This document shows, piece by piece, positions 1 to 10,041 of a stretch of DNA of 64,000 bases. A program made the position numbers and the translations under genes. The number at the start of each line of letters is the position of its first letter. Position 1 is the first letter of the stretch. This DNA is from Microgenomates group bacterium (GTDB lineage: Bacteria > Patescibacteriota > Microgenomatia > PFEM01 > JBNASD01), in assembly GCA_049720225.1 (NCBI GenBank), contig JBNASD010000001.1, positions 100,733 to 164,732 of the forward strand, written 5' to 3'. The notes under the pieces are model-generated. The model made no database searches. It was not told the origin of the DNA and worked only from the letters and a program-made list of their open reading frames with translations.

Positions 1-3000
1 AACGCCCTTGATATTTATGGTACCCAACCGTTTTCTATTTCATTATGGTTTAAAATAAATTCCCTACCTTCTTCTTATGCTTATGGATTGATTATGTTTG
101 GTGAAAATGGCCAAAATCCTTCCTCTTGGGATAAGGGAATAAAAATTAAAACTAATGGTTATGCTTATGGACATCTCTGGGATGGAGCTACCAGAGAACC
201 TACTAATTCTACCCAAATTCAACCAGGCAATTGGTATCATGCAGTTTTAGTTTATGATGGAACTAATAGTTATCTTTATATTAATGGAACTGCTGGTTCA
301 CCAGTAGCAGTTGCCTGGACAGTAAATTTCAATGTTCCTAAAGTAGTTCTTTCTTTTTATAAAAGCTCTTATTTTATTCCTACCAATGGAGTAATTGATG
401 AGGTTTATATTTTTAATAAAGCCTTAACTGCCCAAGAAGTAAGTAGTTTGTATAACAACATTGTTCCGCCTACCCAATCTTTTTCTTTAAGTGTTGATGA
501 AAATTTAAATATTTCCTCTGGGGTTTTTTCTGCTTATGAGACAATTAATCTAGGAGGTGATTTTATTAATAATGGGAGTTTTCTTCATAACAATGGAACG
601 GTAGTTTTAAATGGTAGTAATCAATCAATTTGGGGAACCACCACTTTTTATAATTTAAGTAAACAAGTAAATTCTTCTGCTATTCTTACATTTGAAGCGG
701 GAAAAAGACAGACTATTTTAGGAGCATTAACTTTAAAAGGAAGCGCTAATAATCTTTTAACTTTACAATCTTCTTCTTTAGGATCACAGTGGGAAATTGA
801 TCCTCAAGGAACAAGAGATTTGGGGTATTTAGCAGTAAGAGATTCTTATAATGTTAACCAAAATCCGATTACTACCGCGGGTTTAAATATTACTGATTTA
901 GGTAATAATACTGGTTGGTTATTTAATTCTCCTCCTAACTTGCCCCATATTGATAACTATGAAGATGGTTCGTGGACTACGGACAATACTCCTACTTTAC
1001 AGTTTGATCTTTCTGATCCTGATAGTGGTGATATTATTAGATACCAGATTCAAATTGATGATAATTCTGATTTTTCTTCGCCTGTCGTCAATTTTATTGA
1101 AGAAAACGGCTCCTCTACTCCAAGAAATAACGTTACTTTTACCTCACCGGTTTTATCTGATGGTTATTATTATTGGCGAGTGAGAGCAATTGATGGAAAA
1201 GATACAGAAAGCGATTGGGCAGTTGCTAATAACGGAGAAATTGCTTTTAAAGTTGACGCTACCCCTCCGCTTTCTTTTGCTCCTGTAGTTAATCCCTCCG
1301 GTTGGACTTCTAATAATACTCCTACTCTTACTTTTTCTACTACGGATACTGCCTCAGGCGTTGATCATTATGAAGTAAAAATTGGCGAGGAAGGAACTTA
1401 TTCTATTCAATCATCTCCATATATTTTTCCATCTCAGCCCGACGGACAACAAAGAATTTATATAAAAGCAGTTGACGTTGCAGGAAACGAAAGAGTAGAA
1501 ACAGTAGACATTTTTATTGATACTGCTCCCCCTTCAGGTTCAATTTTAATTAATTCTGGTAATGAGTATACTTCTTCTTCTGAAGTAATTTTAACCTTAA
1601 ATGCATCCGATGCTACTTCAGGAGTTTCTCAAATGATTATTTCTGAAAATTCCGATTTTTCTGGTTCGTCGTGGGAAAGTTATACTACTAGCAAAGTTTT
1701 TTCTCTTTCGTCTTCTGAAGGAAGCAAAACAGTCTATGTCAAGTTTAAGGATAATGCCGGCAATATTTCGGCTGTTTTTTCCGATTCGATTATCTTAGAT
1801 ACTTCTGGTCCAACAGGCGTAATCACGATTAATAACGGAGATAATTACACTTCTTCACGAATAGTAACTCTGTCAATTTCCGCTTCGGATATTTTTGCTT
1901 CTGTCTTGCAAATGAAAATTTCGGAAAATTCTAATTTCTCAGCGGCAGTTTGGGAAAGTTATACTGCTACTAAATCTTATACTTTATCCTCCTCCGAAGG
2001 GACAAAAACAATTTATATTAAATTCAAAGATAGCTTGGGAAATGAGTCAGAAGTTTATTCCGATAGTATTATTTATGATACTACCCCTCCCTCTTTAAGT
2101 TTAGATAGCCCCGGAAATGAAAGTTATATTAATTCTGAGCGACCTTCGTTTAAGTGGAAAGCAGCTTTTGATCTTGTTTCTGGAGTAGCTAAATATAAAT
2201 TAGAAATAGATAATGGAAATACTGCTAATTTAGTTATCGATAACATTCCCTCCTTTAGAACTACCAATTATGAAACTAATAAATATGTTATTTATTATGA
2301 AAATTTTTCTGATGATAATTCGGGTAACAATTATCTCTCTGTTTATCTCAAATCTTCTTCGGAATGGAATCAAGAAGAGAATGACGGAAAATTAAAAGAG
2401 GGAAAAAGAATATGGAAAGTCACTGCCTATGACAACGCCGGAAACAGTAAAGAAGAGTCAAGAGTGTTGTTTGTGGACAAAAGTGGACCATCAATTGAGG
2501 AAGTTAAAATTAATGATTTTACAATTTCTGAATTATTAAAAACTTACGACCAAAATCCTACTTTATCAGGAAAAATAATTGATAGATTAAATGGAGATAA
2601 AGAAAGTAATTTTGTGGCTTCCGGTCCGGAAAAGTTAGAAATTGAAATTAAAAAAAGAAATAATTTAGGGATTTATCTTCCGTATGCTTTGGTTAATCTT
2701 AATTTAGATAAAATATATTGGACGACTACTAATTTAGAAATAAAGGAAAATAACCAAAATATAGGCAATAAGTATTCTTCTTTTTCTTATACTTTTACTA
2801 ATTCACTTCCAAGGGGGATTTATCAATTTAATTTAAAAGCTAAAGATAGGGCTAACAATGAAAGTACTATTGTTTCTTTTGAATTAGAAATAACTTCTTT
2901 TGAGGAATTTAAAGAAACTCCCGAAATAAAAGAAATAATAGAAGAATTAGAAAAGACTTTAGAACAACCCAAAGAAAAAATAGAAGAAGAAATTAAAAAA

Positions 3001-3582
3001 GAGGAAGTTGTTCTTCCCTCTCCCACACCAAAACCTCAATTAATAAGTAAGATTATTAATCAATCTTTTGGTGTTTTAAGTAATTTGTGGTGGAAAACCG
3101 TAGAAACTTCTAAAAATTTATTAAACAATGTCTTCCGAATGATTAATATTTCAAAAATCGAAAAGCCTTTCAATAAGCTAGCTCGGCAAGTAAATAATAT
3201 TTTGAAAAAATCTGAAAATTTAATTCGTCAACCCATTATAAGAGGAGAAAATTTGTTTAGCCGACTTAAAGTTGGGAGCGCTACTTTCATTAGTATTGTA
3301 TTTGATAAAGAACCAACAAGAATTTATGATGTACAAATAGTAGAAGTTACTCCTACCAGTGCGGTAATTACCTGGAAAACCAATCATTATGCTACCAGTA
3401 AAATAAACTATGGTTTATCACTTCAATATGGAAATGAAGTTTATTCTTCAGAAAGAGTTAAATATCATCGGGTTATTCTTAAAAATCTTGAACCAGGAAA
3501 AACTTATTATTTTGAAGTAATGTCCGAAGGAAAAAACTACACTTATGACGCTTACTATACTTTCACTACTCCCAAAAAATAA
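1..3582 (+). CDS. Large surface/extracellular protein (LamG/concanavalin-like, multiple Ig-like repeats, C-terminal FN3/purple-acid-phosphatase-N-like domain); 5' end lies outside the window
   Basis: Frame +1 is open from base 1. LamG motifs (WYHAVLVYDG, GVIDEVYIFNKALT), repeated DxAGN/DTTPP Ig-like units, C-terminal TSAVITWKTN...LEPGKTYYFEV. Confidence 0.8.
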   Translation, partial: NALDIYGTQPFSISLWFKINSLPSSYAYGLIMFGENGQNPSSWDKGIKIKTNGYAYGHLWDGATREPTNSTQIQPGNWYHAVLVYDGTNSYLYINGTAGSPVAVAWTVNFNVPKVVLSFYKSSYFIPTNGVIDEVYIFNKALTAQEVSSLYNNIVPPTQSFSLSVDENLNISSGVFSAYETINLGGDFINNGSFLHNNGTVVLNGSNQSIWGTTTFYNLSKQVNSSAILTFEAGKRQTILGALTLKGSANNLLTLQSSSLGSQWEIDPQGTRDLGYLAVRDSYNVNQNPITTAGLNITDLGNNTGWLFNSPPNLPHIDNYEDGSWTTDNTPTLQFDLSDPDSGDIIRYQIQIDDNSDFSSPVVNFIEENGSSTPRNNVTFTSPVLSDGYYYWRVRAIDGKDTESDWAVANNGEIAFKVDATPPLSFAPVVNPSGWTSNNTPTLTFSTTDTASGVDHYEVKIGEEGTYSIQSSPYIFPSQPDGQQRIYIKAVDVAGNERVETVDIFIDTAPPSGSILINSGNEYTSSSEVILTLNASDATSGVSQMIISENSDFSGSSWESYTTSKVFSLSSSEGSKTVYVKFKDNAGNISAVFSDSIILDTSGPTGVITINNGDNYTSSRIVTLSISASDIFASVLQMKISENSNFSAAVWESYTATKSYTLSSSEGTKTIYIKFKDSLGNESEVYSDSIIYDTTPPSLSLDSPGNESYINSERPSFKWKAAFDLVSGVAKYKLEIDNGNTANLVIDNIPSFRTTNYETNKYVIYYENFSDDNSGNNYLSVYLKSSSEWNQEENDGKLKEGKRIWKVTAYDNAGNSKEESRVLFVDKSGPSIEEVKINDFTISELLKTYDQNPTLSGKIIDRLNGDKESNFVASGPEKLEIEIKKRNNLGIYLPYALVNLNLDKIYWTTTNLEIKENNQNIGNKYSSFSYTFTNSLPRGIYQFNLKAKDRANNESTIVSFELEITSFEEFKETPEIKEIIEELEKTLEQPKEKIEEEIKKEEVVLPSPTPKPQLISKIINQSFGVLSNLWWKTVETSKNLLNNVFRMINISKIEKPFNKLARQVNNILKKSENLIRQPIIRGENLFSRLKVGSATFISIVFDKEPTRIYDVQIVEVTPTSAVITWKTNHYATSKINYGLSLQYGNEVYSSERVKYHRVILKNLEPGKTYYFEVMSEGKNYTYDAYYTFTTPKK

Positions 3583-3588
3583 CTTTTA

Positions 3589-3664
3589 TGGGTGGCTGAG
3601 CGGATTCGAACCGCCAACATCCTGCTCCACAGGCAGGCGCTCTAACCGTTGAGCTACAGCCACC
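3589..3664 (-). tRNA. tRNA-His(GTG)
   Basis: Cloverleaf on reverse strand; anticodon arm CCTGC-CTGTGGA-GCAGG; G-1 present. Confidence 0.95.
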
Positions 3665-3665
3665 G

Positions 3666-3741
3666 TGGCGCCCCTGGAGGGATTTGAACCCCCAACCTGG
3701 TGCTTAGAACGCACTCGCTCTATCCGTTGAGCTACAGGGGC
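3666..3741 (-). tRNA. tRNA-Arg(TCT)
   Basis: Cloverleaf; anticodon loop GTTCTAA; encoded CCA. Confidence 0.9.
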
Positions 3742-3818
<77 letters not shown>

Positions 3819-3845
3819 ATTTTTTATAATTTTAGCAAAAAATTT

Positions 3846-5423
3846 TTAAATTGGAACTTCAACTACCTCTTTCTTCTTTTCTTGAATAAAATCCAACCAC
3901 TCCTCTACTACATTAATTATACTTTTTAAAGGCGCTTCAATCAAAAAATCCATAATAATCATTAAGAAATTAAGTTTGGAAACATATTTATTTAACCAAA
4001 CTCCTAAGCTTAAAAAAGGTAAAGAAAGATTATCGATTAATTTATAAAAAACTCCTTCGTTATTTTCAATCACCAGAATTTCCGAAGCGTTATATTGGAC
4101 CCGAAAACCAAAAAGAAGAACCAACGAAAGAAAAAAGAAAAAGATAATTAATCCCAAAAAACTGAAGCCAATCTTTAAAAGAATGTAAGTAATTAAAGAA
4201 AAAATAAAGACAAAAAGAAGACCATAAATTCCTAAAAAAATTTTTCTTAAATTTTTATTAGCTTTATTAGGAGAAAGATTAATTTCTTGGGGCTCTTCTT
4301 CTGTTTTAGAGGAAAAAAGATCAATAATATCTCGGATTATTTTTTCTGTATTTTTTTCGCTAGGAATTTTAATTCTTAGGCCAATTCCAAACATTAAAAA
4401 AGGAGGAATAATAGTGTTAATTGTTAAGGGGAGCAAGTTTAATTTTTTAAAGAAAAAAAGATCATAAGGAATTTCTAAAATTAAAGCTAAAAGCACTTTG
4501 GTGATAAAAATATAAATGATACTTCGGGTAATCCCTCTTTTTACAGCATCTTTAATTTGAAAATATTTTTCTTGACAAATTTCTTCAATTTCCTCCTTTA
4601 ATTTTTCTTTTTGGTTTAAAATTTCTTCTGGATGAGGTAGGTTTTTTTCTATTATCTCTTTTAAGATAAGAAAACGAACCGTTAGTGGGCGAATAAATCT
4701 AAATAAAGGTAAGCCAATTGGATGAGAAAGTTGTTTTTCTATTTCGTTTTTAACTAATAAATGATCTTCCTTCTTTTGAATTACCGAAGGATAGTATTTT
4801 TTAATTAAATACCAGCCTAAAGTAGGATTATCAACCTTTAAAAAAGATCGACAAATAGCAATGAAAATTTGGATATCTTTTTCCTTTTCTGATAAAGAAG
4901 GCTCATTGAGAATAAAATTTCTTTTAAACCAGTTTTGGATTATTTCTACAAAAGCAAAAGGAATAGGGTTAAAAGAGATAATATTTTCTATTTCGCAAGC
5001 CATTAGATTATAAACCCAATCTTGCCAATCACTTTCTTTTTTAATCTTTAAAAGAGGAATAAATTGATTAATTACTAATTTTATTTCTTCAATTTTTTTT
5101 AGGGGAATTTCTTCATTTTTTAAGTATCTGGACCAAATTAACTCTTTAATCAAAATCTCGGCTACTTGCTCAGTGTTTTGATAGGAATTAAGCCAAAGTT
5201 GTCTTTTGACAATTCTTTCGATAGCATATTTTCTTAAAAGATTTTCTTTTTTATAATCCAAAGCATTTCTTATTCTTTCATAGATAAAAGCAAAAATCTC
5301 TATTCCCTTTTGGGCTTTTATTTTTGGTTCTTCCTTCTCTTTCTCTTTTTCTTCTAACCAAAATGAATAAATCTTTAAAAGATATTGAATATTAGAAGGG
5401 AGATTAGAAGCTTGATTAACCAT
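3846..5423 (-). CDS. Hypothetical membrane protein (helical N-terminus, several C-terminal TM segments)
   Basis: Long ORF; start moved to ATG 5423 because the longer call overlaps tRNA-Pro. Confidence 0.8.
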   Translation of the reverse strand: MVNQASNLPSNIQYLLKIYSFWLEEKEKEKEEPKIKAQKGIEIFAFIYERIRNALDYKKENLLRKYAIERIVKRQLWLNSYQNTEQVAEILIKELIWSRYLKNEEIPLKKIEEIKLVINQFIPLLKIKKESDWQDWVYNLMACEIENIISFNPIPFAFVEIIQNWFKRNFILNEPSLSEKEKDIQIFIAICRSFLKVDNPTLGWYLIKKYYPSVIQKKEDHLLVKNEIEKQLSHPIGLPLFRFIRPLTVRFLILKEIIEKNLPHPEEILNQKEKLKEEIEEICQEKYFQIKDAVKRGITRSIIYIFITKVLLALILEIPYDLFFFKKLNLLPLTINTIIPPFLMFGIGLRIKIPSEKNTEKIIRDIIDLFSSKTEEEPQEINLSPNKANKNLRKIFLGIYGLLFVFIFSLITYILLKIGFSFLGLIIFFFFLSLVLLFGFRVQYNASEILVIENNEGVFYKLIDNLSLPFLSLGVWLNKYVSKLNFLMIIMDFLIEAPLKSIINVVEEWLDFIQEKKKEVVEVPI

Positions 5424-5429
5424 TTTTAG

Positions 5430-5504
5430 TCGGGGATGCCAGACTCGAACTGGCGACCTCACGGTCCCAAACCGTGCGCTCTAAACCAACTGAGCTAATC
5501 CCCG
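5430..5504 (-). tRNA. tRNA-Pro(TGG)
   Basis: Anticodon arm CACGG-TTTGGGA-CCGTG. Confidence 0.95.
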
Positions 5505-5507
5505 CTG

Positions 5508-5592
5508 TGCCGAGGGCGGGACTCGAACCCGCACGCCTTTTGAGGGCAACGGATTTTAAGTCCGTCCTGTCTACCAATTCCAGCACCTCGGC
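5508..5592 (-). tRNA. tRNA-Leu(TAA)
   Basis: Anticodon arm ACGGA-CTTAAAA-TCCGT; long variable arm. Confidence 0.95.
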
Positions 5593-5707
5593 AGTTTTCT
5601 CCTCTAAGATTTCCAACTCTTTTATTTTTTTCTTTACTTCCATTAATAATCTTACCAAATTTATTTTAGGAATCAAGTTTTTTCTTTAAAAATTAGGTGG
5701 GATTTTA

Positions 5708-6724
5708 TTATTTAGATACTACTGAGATTAATTTTTGAGCTATATTTCCTGCTTTATCATAAGCTTTTACTTCGATAGTAAAAGTTGTGTTAGGTTTTCC
5801 CCCTACTTTCCAATTACAATTAAAAGGTCCAACAGACAAACTACATTTTAAACTTTTATTCACATAAAAATCAACCTTTTCTATTCCCGATCCGTCAGGA
5901 TTATCAGAAACGGAGGCAACAATATTGACAGTAGATAAACGATTTACTACACTTCCATCTTCAGGGCTAACAATTGATAGTGTAGGAGGAATTGTATCTC
6001 TTAAAAAGGGAGTCGGACTAGGGGAAAAAGGAGTGGGACTAGGAGAAAAAGAAGTGGTTGGAGAAGTTGTAGGAGAGTTTATTTTAACGAAAACATAAGA
6101 AGTAGGCTTTGCCAAAATATCTTGAGGACTTGTTTCTGCGGGATTTATTATTACATTACTATCTTTTAGGACATTTTCTCCTTCATAAACAAAGTTAATA
6201 GTGGTAGTTCCAGTTGCTTCTGGTTTTGCTTTAAACGTAAGTTTAGTGACAGGATTAATAACACCTTTAAATGAACCAGATAATCCCCCTTTTTGATTGT
6301 TGGCGTTAATATCAAAAGCTACCATTCCAAATTCAATTAACCCACTATTATTAGCTTTATTTATTATTTGTTCAATATCAAAATTATTCTCTTTATTGAG
6401 AGGAAGGTAAGTTTTAAAAACCCCATGAGGTTCCTGGGTAATATTTAAAAGAGTAAGTTTATTTTTATCAAAGTTTATCAAAATGTCTAAAGCAACAGCC
6501 TCCTGCTCATTATTAACTAAAATCACGGAAATAGGAACGTTAAAGACTTCATCGGGATTTACCTCGATGGTGGTAGGCGAAAAAGAAAGATTTGCCGTTA
6601 AATTATAAGCACGGGATAATAAATTTTGTTTCTTATTAATTAAATTAAAAATTGCAAACGCACTGATAGACAAAACAAGAAATATTAAAGCAGTTGATAT
6701 ATAAAATATATTTTTTTTATTCAT
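5708..6724 (-). CDS. Membrane-anchored cohesin-domain protein with Pro/Thr/Ser linker and C-terminal Ig-like domain
   Basis: N-terminal TM; cohesin-like pattern (LSFSP..VxxxEVFNVPI...DILINFDKNKL...LTFKAK...GTTTINF); SPTP linker; DTIPP...AYDKAGN. Alternative start 6760. Confidence 0.7.
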   Translation of the reverse strand: MNKKNIFYISTALIFLVLSISAFAIFNLINKKQNLLSRAYNLTANLSFSPTTIEVNPDEVFNVPISVILVNNEQEAVALDILINFDKNKLTLLNITQEPHGVFKTYLPLNKENNFDIEQIINKANNSGLIEFGMVAFDINANNQKGGLSGSFKGVINPVTKLTFKAKPEATGTTTINFVYEGENVLKDSNVIINPAETSPQDILAKPTSYVFVKINSPTTSPTTSFSPSPTPFSPSPTPFLRDTIPPTLSIVSPEDGSVVNRLSTVNIVASVSDNPDGSGIEKVDFYVNKSLKCSLSVGPFNCNWKVGGKPNTTFTIEVKAYDKAGNIAQKLISVVSK

Positions 6725-6744
6725 AATTTTAAAACTTTTCTTTT

Positions 6745-8118
6745 TTAATTTTTGGGCCATCCAAATTGAAAAACCGCTGTTTCGCTATAAACAAAGGGTG
6801 AACCAAGAATTATTCTTTGTAATGGCCCGCTTAATCGATAAATGTTGTAAGTATTGCCGTCATAGCTTTTTTTATTAGCCCAATCGGTTTCTGTTTTTAA
6901 TAATGCTTGTCCAACTGAATATCCTTTATTCCAATAATTAAAAAAGTCATTGAAAAAGTTTCCAAATTTTGCTCCCACGGTTGGGTTTATATCTTGAGCA
7001 TGAAGCTTTCCCATATAAGAAAGTCCAATATCCTTTCCATTGATGGAAGCAAGTGCAGTAGATGTACTTTCATTTCTATAAAAATTACCATTATGACATC
7101 CCCAAGAGAAAATAAAAGCAGGTTGTTTTTCTAATAAAAAGAAATCATCTTTGTTCAAACAAAAAATTGAAGTTGCAGTTGCGTGAGAGTGAAGATAGGC
7201 CACTTCAGGGAGGAGTTTAAATGCGGAAATTAACTTTTCTTTTAGGGGACAAATATTATCACAAGAACCATCGGTAGGATAAATTTGGATTATATTTTCT
7301 GGGCTATAATTACCTTCAAAAATTCCGGTTGGCGGTGGGGGAGTTCCGCGATCACAATGAACGGCATAAACAGCTTTGTTACTAGATTTTATTTCCCCTG
7401 AAAAATACCGATGATGTTTATCAAAAAAGCGAGAAAGTTGTTGAAGGGGTGTTCCAAAATTTTTATCATTAATCGGTTTTATCCAAGAAATATATATTTC
7501 TGGACCTTCATGGGGTCCATAAGTTAAATAACGATCATAATGGTTGTTAGAATTTTTTGCAAAATTAGAGTCAAGGTCTTGATAATAAAACATGAAAGGA
7601 GCAGTCGTATTGTAATCATAAATAGAGTCAAATAAAGCATAAGGAACCTCTCCTACTAATATTGCTCCTTCAATATTTTTACAACCTAAAACAGGATCAA
7701 GTCCGCATTCAGAAATTAATTTTTCTCTAACAAAATCAGGAGTTTGTAATTTTAAGTTTTCTAAAGGAATAATCTTTATGGGAATTCCTAATTTTGTTTC
7801 AATATCATTTTTAAACTGATTTAATTGATTACTTAAATTATTAAAGTCATTTTGGTCAATAATGACCAAAACTGTTTTGTTATTTTTATTTTGATAATTA
7901 AATTTACCGTAGTTATTAAAGAGAATTAAAGCATCATTTAAATCAACCAATCCCGAATTATCTAAATCAAAAGAAGAATTTGAAGAATTGAAATTAGGTG
8001 AAAAAATAGCAAAATCTACTCCATTTACTTTTTCTGAACAATCAAAATTTCCTAAGGGGAGACAAAATTTTTGCGCTAAAACATTGAGGTTAGAAAAATA
8101 ATTATTTAGTAAAAACAA
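6745..8118 (-). CDS. Secreted dockerin-domain protein with peptidase C25 (gingipain)-like domain
   Basis: Duplicated Ca-binding loops GNFDCSEKVNGVDF / DLDNSGLVDLNDA; C25-like motifs ILVGEVPY, HSHA, WGCHNGNF, ILGSP. The true start may be GTG 8156 across a homopolymer frameshift. Confidence 0.65.
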   Translation of the reverse strand: MFLLNNYFSNLNVLAQKFCLPLGNFDCSEKVNGVDFAIFSPNFNSSNSSFDLDNSGLVDLNDALILFNNYGKFNYQNKNNKTVLVIIDQNDFNNLSNQLNQFKNDIETKLGIPIKIIPLENLKLQTPDFVREKLISECGLDPVLGCKNIEGAILVGEVPYALFDSIYDYNTTAPFMFYYQDLDSNFAKNSNNHYDRYLTYGPHEGPEIYISWIKPINDKNFGTPLQQLSRFFDKHHRYFSGEIKSSNKAVYAVHCDRGTPPPPTGIFEGNYSPENIIQIYPTDGSCDNICPLKEKLISAFKLLPEVAYLHSHATATSIFCLNKDDFFLLEKQPAFIFSWGCHNGNFYRNESTSTALASINGKDIGLSYMGKLHAQDINPTVGAKFGNFFNDFFNYWNKGYSVGQALLKTETDWANKKSYDGNTYNIYRLSGPLQRIILGSPFVYSETAVFQFGWPKN

Positions 8119-8209
8119 AAATAATAAAAAAAAGAAAAAATAAATAATTTTTTCACAATTTTATTTTGATATAATTTTTGTTCTTATGTCAAGTAGGAGA
8201 AAGAGTTTG

Positions 8210-8280
8210 CTGCGAGGCCTGGATTCGAACCAGGATTGACGGCTCCAAAGGCCGCTGTCCTACCGTTAGACGACCTCGCA
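8210..8280 (-). tRNA. tRNA-Gln(TTG)
   Basis: Anticodon arm GCGGC-CTTTGGA-GCCGT. Confidence 0.95.
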
Positions 8281-8286
8281 AAAGTG

Positions 8287-8358
8287 AGCGAGGGACGGGA
8301 CTTGAACCCGCGACCTTCTCCTTGGCAAGGAGACGTTCTGCCTCTGAACTACCCTCGC
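8287..8358 (-). tRNA. tRNA-Gly(GCC)
   Basis: Anticodon arm TCTCC-TTGCCAA-GGAGA. Confidence 0.95.
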
Positions 8359-8363
8359 TTCGG

Positions 8364-8436
8364 TGCCGAGGGGCGGAGTCGAACCGCCATCTCATGTTTT
8401 TCAGACACGCGCCGTGACCACCTTGGCTACCTCGGC
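8364..8436 (-). tRNA. tRNA-Phe(GAA)
   Basis: Anticodon arm CGTGT-CTGAAAA-ACATG. Confidence 0.93.
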
Positions 8437-8440
8437 CTAG

Positions 8441-8515
8441 TGGACGGAAGAGGATTCGAACCTCTGACCTCCTCTGTGTAAGAGAGGCGCTCTAGACCAG
8501 CTGAGCTATCCGTCC
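8441..8515 (-). tRNA. tRNA-Val(TAC)
   Basis: Anticodon arm CCTCT-CTTACAC-AGAGG. Confidence 0.95.
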
Positions 8516-8521
8516 TTAAAG

Positions 8522-8606
8522 TGCCGCGGGAGGGACTCGAACCCTCACGCCCAATTGTGGGCATAGCTCCTCAAGCTATCGCGTATGCCAATTCCGCCAC
8601 CGCGGC
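8522..8606 (-). tRNA. tRNA-Leu(GAG)
   Basis: Anticodon arm ATAGC-TTGAGGA-GCTAT; long variable arm. Confidence 0.95.
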
Positions 8607-8613
8607 GCCTCGG

Positions 8614-8696
8614 TGGACGGAGAGGGATTCGAACCCTCACAGCCTAAGGCTACAGGCTCCTGAAGCCTGCGCGTCTACCAACTCCGCCATCCGTCC
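8614..8696 (-). tRNA. tRNA-Leu(CAG)
   Basis: Anticodon arm CAGGC-TTCAGGA-GCCTG; long variable arm. Confidence 0.95.
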
Positions 8697-8727
8697 CTAT
8701 TATTATATCTTATATCAAGAAATTATA

Positions 8728-10035
8728 TCAAACACGACTAATAGTATAAAGAGTTGGATAAAAAAGAAAAACCGCTGGTGCCTCTTCGGTTAAAAATCTT
8801 TGAAAATCAAAATATATTTGCTTTCTTTTCTCTTTGTCTATAGTTTTTCTTCCCTCCTCTAGAAGTTTATCTAAACGAGGATTTTTAAGATGACTAAGAT
8901 TAAATTTTTGAGTTGAATGCCACATTGGGTATTGATCGGGGTCTTCTGGAATTTCTTGAGTAATTAGAATTGCTTCTTCATTTTCTAGTTTAGAAATTAT
9001 TTTTATTTTTGTTTCTATCCCCAACTGACTCCAATCTTGTTTAATTTTTTCGGCTACCAACAAAAGAGAAACAGTGGTCGCAATCTCAATTTCTTGAGGT
9101 TTTTTTTCTAGTAACTCCTTAGCTCTTGAGAGGTTGTAATCATAATTTTTGACATTGGGATTATAAAATTGTGACTGAAAATTATAAGAACTTAAAGCGC
9201 GCGGTTTCCATTCTTTTTTAATAGCGTAAGAAAGTGCTTGACGGGTTGATTTTTCGCTAAACTTTTCATTTTGAGTATTAAAATAAAGGGCAACAAAAAG
9301 ATTACTTTTAACCTCGGGGGTGATTTTTATTCCTTTCCAATTAACAAAATCTTGATAATCCGTAAGATCTTTTGCGACATCTATTTCCCCTAATTTAAAA
9401 GCAATTTTTAAACTTTCTTCCGTCGGATAAAAGCGAAATTCTAAAACCTCCTTCGGTTTTTTATTTAGAGAAACTAATTGAATTTTCTCAATCGCCTCCC
9501 CGGTAGTTTTTATTTTTTTAACTTTATAATCCCCCACCCCGATTAAATTTTTTTTAAACAGCGGTTTGGAAACGACACTAAGAAAGGGAGAAAACGGCTC
9601 TTTAAGCTCAAATTTGATTGTTTTATCATCAACAACAACCGTTTTAACATCACTAAAGTTAAAATTAATATCCCCCGCTTTTACTGGTTTTCCATCGTGC
9701 CAAAAAAGATTATTTTTTAAAGAAAAAGTGTAAATTTTTCCTTCCTCTTCAATAATCCAAGATTCAGCAATGCCTTGAGAAATTTCTCCTCCCGGAGAAA
9801 CAGAAGTAAGGCCAATACTAATTAATTTTTGAATTTCCAAAGGAAGATTTTGAACATTATATTTTCCTACCATTCCGATTTTCTTTTTCTTAACAATTAG
9901 CAAGGGAGAAAACCTATTGTAAAGAAAAAAAGAGAGAGTACCAAGAACTATTCCCAAAAGAATGATTTTTCGATGTTTTTTAAAAAAAGCAAAATATAAA
10001 TTAAAATAGAATCTAATAATTTTGAAGAATTTCAT
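8728..10035 (-). CDS. ABC transporter substrate-binding protein, family 5 (OppA/DppA-like)
   Basis: IAESW..GKIYTFSLK..WHDGKPVKAGD family-5 signature; C-terminal FQRFLTEEAPAVFL. Confidence 0.85.
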   Translation of the reverse strand: MKFFKIIRFYFNLYFAFFKKHRKIILLGIVLGTLSFFLYNRFSPLLIVKKKKIGMVGKYNVQNLPLEIQKLISIGLTSVSPGGEISQGIAESWIIEEEGKIYTFSLKNNLFWHDGKPVKAGDINFNFSDVKTVVVDDKTIKFELKEPFSPFLSVVSKPLFKKNLIGVGDYKVKKIKTTGEAIEKIQLVSLNKKPKEVLEFRFYPTEESLKIAFKLGEIDVAKDLTDYQDFVNWKGIKITPEVKSNLFVALYFNTQNEKFSEKSTRQALSYAIKKEWKPRALSSYNFQSQFYNPNVKNYDYNLSRAKELLEKKPQEIEIATTVSLLLVAEKIKQDWSQLGIETKIKIISKLENEEAILITQEIPEDPDQYPMWHSTQKFNLSHLKNPRLDKLLEEGRKTIDKEKRKQIYFDFQRFLTEEAPAVFLFYPTLYTISRV

Positions 10036-10041
10036 TTTTAA

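Noticed and set aside
6005-6075. 21-nt repeats in the cohesin gene
   Set aside because: They encode an ordinary Pro/Ser/Thr linker.
5416-8793. ORF-track calls 5416-5676, 5474-5689, 8178-8417, 8189-8395, 8236-8481 and 8521-8793
   Set aside because: They overlap clear tRNA genes. The same applies to 23109-23297, 41775-41969, 42522-42770 and the 5' extension of 44072.
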